From: Solobacterium sp.
GTDB lineage: Bacteria > Bacillota_I > Bacilli_A > Erysipelotrichales > Erysipelotrichaceae
DNA: 41,801 bases
NCBI GenBank assembly: GCA_017539825.1
Contig: JAFYCG010000313.1
Location: 1-41,801 of the forward strand
Direction of reading: 5' to 3'
A program made the position numbers and the translations under genes. This document shows positions 38,248 through 41,801 of this stretch, piece after piece (positions within the stretch are counted from its first letter, which is position 1; the number at the start of each line of letters is the position of its first letter). The notes beneath the pieces are model-generated. The model did no database searches and was not told where the DNA came from. It worked only from the letters and a program-made list of their open reading frames with translations.

Positions 38248-38916
38248 ATGGATCAGACAAATCAAGAATTTTTCGATGCTGCTGCAAACGGTGATTTTGC
38301 GAAAGTTTGCGCACAGGTAGCCAAAGGTGCTGATGTAAATGTTGCTAACGGTGACGGCCGTACAGCTTTGATGAGAGCTTCCAAACGCGGATACGAGGAC
38401 ATTGTCCGCTACCTTCTGGATAATGGAGCTGACACAAGAGCACGCGACAAATACAACAAGACAGCATTAATGGGTGCTGCTAAAAAAGGACGTCTTGAAA
38501 TCTGCAGAATGTTATTGCATGCCGGTGCAAATGTCAATGCGGCAGATAATAAAGGCCGCACATCCCTGATGAGAGCTGCTTTGTTAGGCGAACAGGAAGT
38601 CGTTGAGTATCTCGTTGAAAAAGGTGCAGATCTGAATGCTGCTGATGAACAGGGCAGAACCGCTTTGATGGAAGCTACAAATGCTTATAAGCCGGAAATC
38701 ATCAAATATCTGATTGCGCATGGTGCAAATATCAACGCTGCTGATAACAGAGGATGCACAGCTTTAATGAGAGCTGCTTACAGCGGAATTCCGGAACTGG
38801 TACAGCTTCTGCTGGACAACGGTGCAGACAAGGAAATCAAAGATAACAGTGCAAATATGGCAATACACTACGTTCGTAAGGAATGCCTTGCAGACCTTAA
38901 GGACATTCTAAAATAA
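38248..38916 (+). CDS. Ankyrin-repeat protein
   Basis: Regular 33-aa repeats GRTALMRAA..G...LL..GADVNAAD. RBS AAGGAGG precedes ATG 38248. Confidence 0.93.
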   Translation: MDQTNQEFFDAAANGDFAKVCAQVAKGADVNVANGDGRTALMRASKRGYEDIVRYLLDNGADTRARDKYNKTALMGAAKKGRLEICRMLLHAGANVNAADNKGRTSLMRAALLGEQEVVEYLVEKGADLNAADEQGRTALMEATNAYKPEIIKYLIAHGANINAADNRGCTALMRAAYSGIPELVQLLLDNGADKEIKDNSANMAIHYVRKECLADLKDILK

Positions 38917-38939
38917 TATAAAAGGAGAGATTGGAAATT

Positions 38940-41009
38940 ATGCGTGATTATTTAGCTAATGAAGTCAGAAATACTGTTGTATTGGGACATTCCGGAGCCG
39001 GAAAAAGTACAGTCATTGAAGCTTGCCTGTTCTATACAAAAGCAATTGACAGTATGAGAAGAAACAATGATGGTACGACTGTCTTGAATTTTGACCCTGA
39101 AGAAGGCAAGAGAGGATTATCTGTTTACTGCCATCTCGCACCGGTTGAATGGAAGAACAAGAAGATCAACTTCATCGATACACCAGGTTATATGGACTAT
39201 GAAGGTGAAGAGGCAATCGGTCTGGCTACAGGCGATAACGCTTTGATCGTTGTCAACGGCAAAGAAGGTATCGAAGCAGGTACAGAAAGAGCATGGAAAG
39301 AAGCTGCCAACAAGAGACATCTTCCGACAATCTTCTTCATCAACAAGATGGATGATCCGAATGCGCATTTTGAAAAAGTCATCGCTGAACTCAGAGAGAA
39401 ATTCGGCAATACTGTTATCCCGTTTGAAATGCCGATTATCGAAAATGGTAAGGTTATCGGTTCCGTTAACATCCTTCGTAAAAAAGCATGGTACTATGCA
39501 GACAAGAAGGAACCAAAAGAAGTTCCTGCTGCTCTGGCTGATCAGGTTGAAGAATACTATGCAGAGCTTGCTGAAGCAATTGCAAGTACAGATGATGAAC
39601 TCATGGAGAAATTCTTCGAAGGCGAAGAGTTTGATGAGCATGAAATCGCTAAAGGCCTGAGAATCGGCGCAAAGAATGGCGATATCCGTCCTGTTTACTG
39701 CGGAAGTGCAATTGATCAGACAGGTATTGAAAGACTGATGGATCTGATTACAGAATACTTCCCAAGCTATGCTGAAAAGGGCACAGTACAGGCACTTGAT
39801 GCAAAAGATCAGCCTGTTGATATGGAAACAAACGAAAATGAAGCATTGTCCGCATTCGTATTCAAGACAATCGTTGACCCGTTTGTAGGAAAGATCTCTT
39901 ACCTCAAGGTTATGTCAGGTGTTCTGACAACAGACAGCCAGGTATACAACTCCAAGAAAGATGCAAACGAAAAGATCAACCAGATCTACGTTATTAACGG
40001 AAAACAGCAGGTTGGCGTAGGAAAACTCTTCACAGGTGACATCGGTGCTGTTGTCAAACTGCAGAACACAGAGACAAATGATACACTGTGCACAAAGGCT
40101 AAGCCTGTACATTATCCGAATATCGAATATCCGGAACCGATGCTGGGATACGCTATCCGTCCGAAGACAAAAGCTGATGAAGACAAGCTCTCCGTCGGTA
40201 TCCGTAACCTGATGCAGGAAGATGGAACAATCCGTCTCGACAACAATGCTGAAACACATGAGCAGGTTCTCTACGGACTCGGTGACCAGCACATTGACCT
40301 GATTCTCTCCAAACTCAAGGCTAAATACAAGGTTGATGTTGAAACAGCTACACCTACTGTTCAGTATCGTGAAACAATCCGCGGTAAAGCTGAAGCGCAG
40401 GGTAAATACAAGAAGCAGAATGGTGGCGCAGGCCAGTATGGTGACGTCTGGGTAAGATTTGAACCTACAGACAGTGAAGACATGGTCTTCGCTGAAGAAG
40501 TATTCGGCGGTGCCGTTCCGAAACAGTACTTCCCACCGGTTGAACAGGGTCTGAGAGACTGCATGGAGAGAGGACCTCTTGCAGGATATAAGGTTGTCGG
40601 CGTTAAGGCTACACTGTACGATGGATCTTACCACCCGGTAGACTCTAAGGAAGTTGCCTTCAAGGAAGCTGCAAGACTTGCTTACAATAAAGCTATGCCT
40701 GAAGCTAAACCTGTATTGCTCGAACCAATCGGAAAAGTTACAATCGTTGCACCGGAGTCCTACACAGGTACACTCATGGGTGACGTTACTAAGAGACGTG
40801 GACTGATCCTCGATATGCAGATGAATGATGAGGGTGATCAGGTGATCGTTGCTGAAGTACCGATCGCTGAGATGCAGACATATGCAATTGACCTGCGTGC
40901 TATGACACAGGGCAGAGGCAGATATGTAATGGCATTTGACAGATATCAGGGTGCTCCGAAGGAAGTCGCTGATAAAGTTATTGCTGCTGCAAAACAGAAG
41001 AACGCATAA
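38940..41009 (+). CDS. fusA: Elongation factor G paralog (EF-G-like / FusA2)
   Basis: Motifs GHSGAGKS, DTPGY, NKMD, YRETI, KKQNGGAGQYG and DGSYHPVDS. Switch I is divergent (RGLSV) and the gene is not in an rpsL-rpsG-tuf context. An alternative TTG start is at 38931. Confidence 0.9.
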   Translation: MRDYLANEVRNTVVLGHSGAGKSTVIEACLFYTKAIDSMRRNNDGTTVLNFDPEEGKRGLSVYCHLAPVEWKNKKINFIDTPGYMDYEGEEAIGLATGDNALIVVNGKEGIEAGTERAWKEAANKRHLPTIFFINKMDDPNAHFEKVIAELREKFGNTVIPFEMPIIENGKVIGSVNILRKKAWYYADKKEPKEVPAALADQVEEYYAELAEAIASTDDELMEKFFEGEEFDEHEIAKGLRIGAKNGDIRPVYCGSAIDQTGIERLMDLITEYFPSYAEKGTVQALDAKDQPVDMETNENEALSAFVFKTIVDPFVGKISYLKVMSGVLTTDSQVYNSKKDANEKINQIYVINGKQQVGVGKLFTGDIGAVVKLQNTETNDTLCTKAKPVHYPNIEYPEPMLGYAIRPKTKADEDKLSVGIRNLMQEDGTIRLDNNAETHEQVLYGLGDQHIDLILSKLKAKYKVDVETATPTVQYRETIRGKAEAQGKYKKQNGGAGQYGDVWVRFEPTDSEDMVFAEEVFGGAVPKQYFPPVEQGLRDCMERGPLAGYKVVGVKATLYDGSYHPVDSKEVAFKEAARLAYNKAMPEAKPVLLEPIGKVTIVAPESYTGTLMGDVTKRRGLILDMQMNDEGDQVIVAEVPIAEMQTYAIDLRAMTQGRGRYVMAFDRYQGAPKEVADKVIAAAKQKNA

Positions 41010-41015
41010 AAATCC

Positions 41016-41040
41016 AAAAGCCTGTGAAAACAGGCTTTTT
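41016..41040 (+). terminator. Intrinsic terminator
   Basis: AAAAGCCTGT-GAAA-ACAGGCTTTTT. Confidence 0.85.
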
Positions 41041-41068
41041 CACTATTTTTAGAAGGAAGGAGGCAAGC

Positions 41069-41332
41069 ATGCCAAGAGGTGAATTTAAATACGATATTCT
41101 GCAATTATTTGATACAATTTCCGAGAATGAATCCAGCACGGGCAATATGTATGTCAAAGAAGTCAATCTGATTTCCTATAACGAAGGCAATCCTGTTTAT
41201 GATATCCGCAACTGGACACTCATGAAGAACGGTGAAAGAAGAATGGGCAAAGGCATCACTTTGAATCTGGAAGAGATGAAAGCACTCAAAAACATTCTGA
41301 ATGAGATGGAAGATCTCGAAGAGGAAGAATAA
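41069..41332 (+). CDS. PC4/YdbC family ssDNA-binding protein
   Basis: KEVNLISYN...YDIRNW...MGKGITL. RBS AAGGAGG precedes ATG 41069. Confidence 0.9.
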   Translation: MPRGEFKYDILQLFDTISENESSTGNMYVKEVNLISYNEGNPVYDIRNWTLMKNGERRMGKGITLNLEEMKALKNILNEMEDLEEEE

Positions 41333-41347
41333 TAAACAGCAGAAAAT

Positions 41348-41377
41348 AAAAGCTTCAGGGTTTCCTGAAGCTTTTTT
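41348..41377. terminator. Bidirectional terminator
   Basis: AAAAGCTTCAGG-GTTT-CCTGAAGCTTTTTT between convergent genes. Confidence 0.85.
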
Positions 41378-41406
41378 CCATTTTTGTAAATGCGTAAAAG
41401 TTCTTT

Positions 41407-41571
41407 CTACGCAACAGAACCAAGATTCTCGTGATGCATGATCTTGACATATCCCATTCGCTCATTTTCCAGCAAATTGAGATAATCTGAGGAACTCATA
41501 AATTCATGGATCACAGAGGATCCTGATTCATAATCCACTACAAAAATGGATTCTGAATCAACGTTTCTCAT
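41407..41571 (-). CDS. 54-aa hypothetical protein (absent from ORF track)
   Basis: MRNVDSESIFVVDYESGSSVIHEFMSSSDYLNLLENERMGYVKIMHHENLGSVA*. RBS GAAAGGA and extended -10 TGGTATTAT. Confidence 0.6.
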   Translation of the reverse strand: MRNVDSESIFVVDYESGSSVIHEFMSSSDYLNLLENERMGYVKIMHHENLGSVA

Positions 41572-41676
41572 AATTTATCCTTTCTGTTTTTCACCAGCGG
41601 TATAAATATAATACCACTAACTTTTCGAAAATAAAGAAGAATATTACAAAAATTAAAAAATTTTTAACAAATATTA

Positions 41677-41727
41677 ACGAAGAAGTCCCCTTCTTCTTAC
41701 GAAGTGTAAAGAAGGGGATGAATTCGT
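41677..41727. mobile_element. Hairpin resembling an IS200/IS605-family end
   Basis: TCCCCTTCTT...AAGAAGGGGA stem ending GGGGATGAATTCG with no U-tract, followed by TGGTATAAT at the window edge. Confidence 0.35.
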
Positions 41728-41801
41728 ATAGAAAATATGGTATAATAAATTCAGTCGTAAGGTCACAAAATGATAAATACTTCGCATAATATTACTGTTC
41801 T

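Noticed and set aside
38248-38916. Tandem DNA repeat or CRISPR-like array
   Set aside because: The 99-bp periodicity is explained by ankyrin protein repeats, and there is no repeat-spacer structure in the window.
38940-41009. Tet(M)/Tet(O) ribosomal protection protein
   Set aside because: Length (~690 aa) and the domain IV motifs (KKQNGGAGQYG, GSYHPVDS) match EF-G rather than Tet proteins.

Overview
This is a 41.8-kb AT-rich chromosomal window from a Gram-positive anaerobe. Gene content and RBS/promoter style suggest Bacillota, possibly Erysipelotrichaceae-like (inference only). From left to right it holds: (1) two convergent glycogen synthase (glgA) paralogs flanking a ~7-kb fibro-slime/SpaA LPXTG surface-protein gene broken by a 1-nt frameshift; (2) a FIVAR-like membrane protein beside an XRE-gene remnant; (3) a minus-strand phnC-phnE-phnE operon that lacks phnD and continues into a cytoplasmic metallophosphoesterase/5'-nucleotidase and an uncharacterised P-loop protein, preceded by a candidate ~92-nt small RNA; (4) a REC-degenerate GGDEF-EAL gene with an in-frame TAG, followed by an Hpt gene; (5) small housekeeping and membrane genes; (6) a 12,020-bp block bounded by a perfect 35-bp direct repeat, encoding GntR, a LevR-like activator, mannose-class PTS IIA-D, two SIS deglycase-like proteins, MATE, HAD and an AstE/AspA-like hydrolase; (7) MYG1, a YgjP-like metalloprotein, MscS, a leader peptide plus terminator in front of an ankyrin + EF-G paralog pair, PC4/YdbC, an unannotated 54-aa ORF and a possible IS200/IS605-type end hairpin. 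I found no tRNA, rRNA, CRISPR array or integrase. All product calls come from motif recognition, not database searches.
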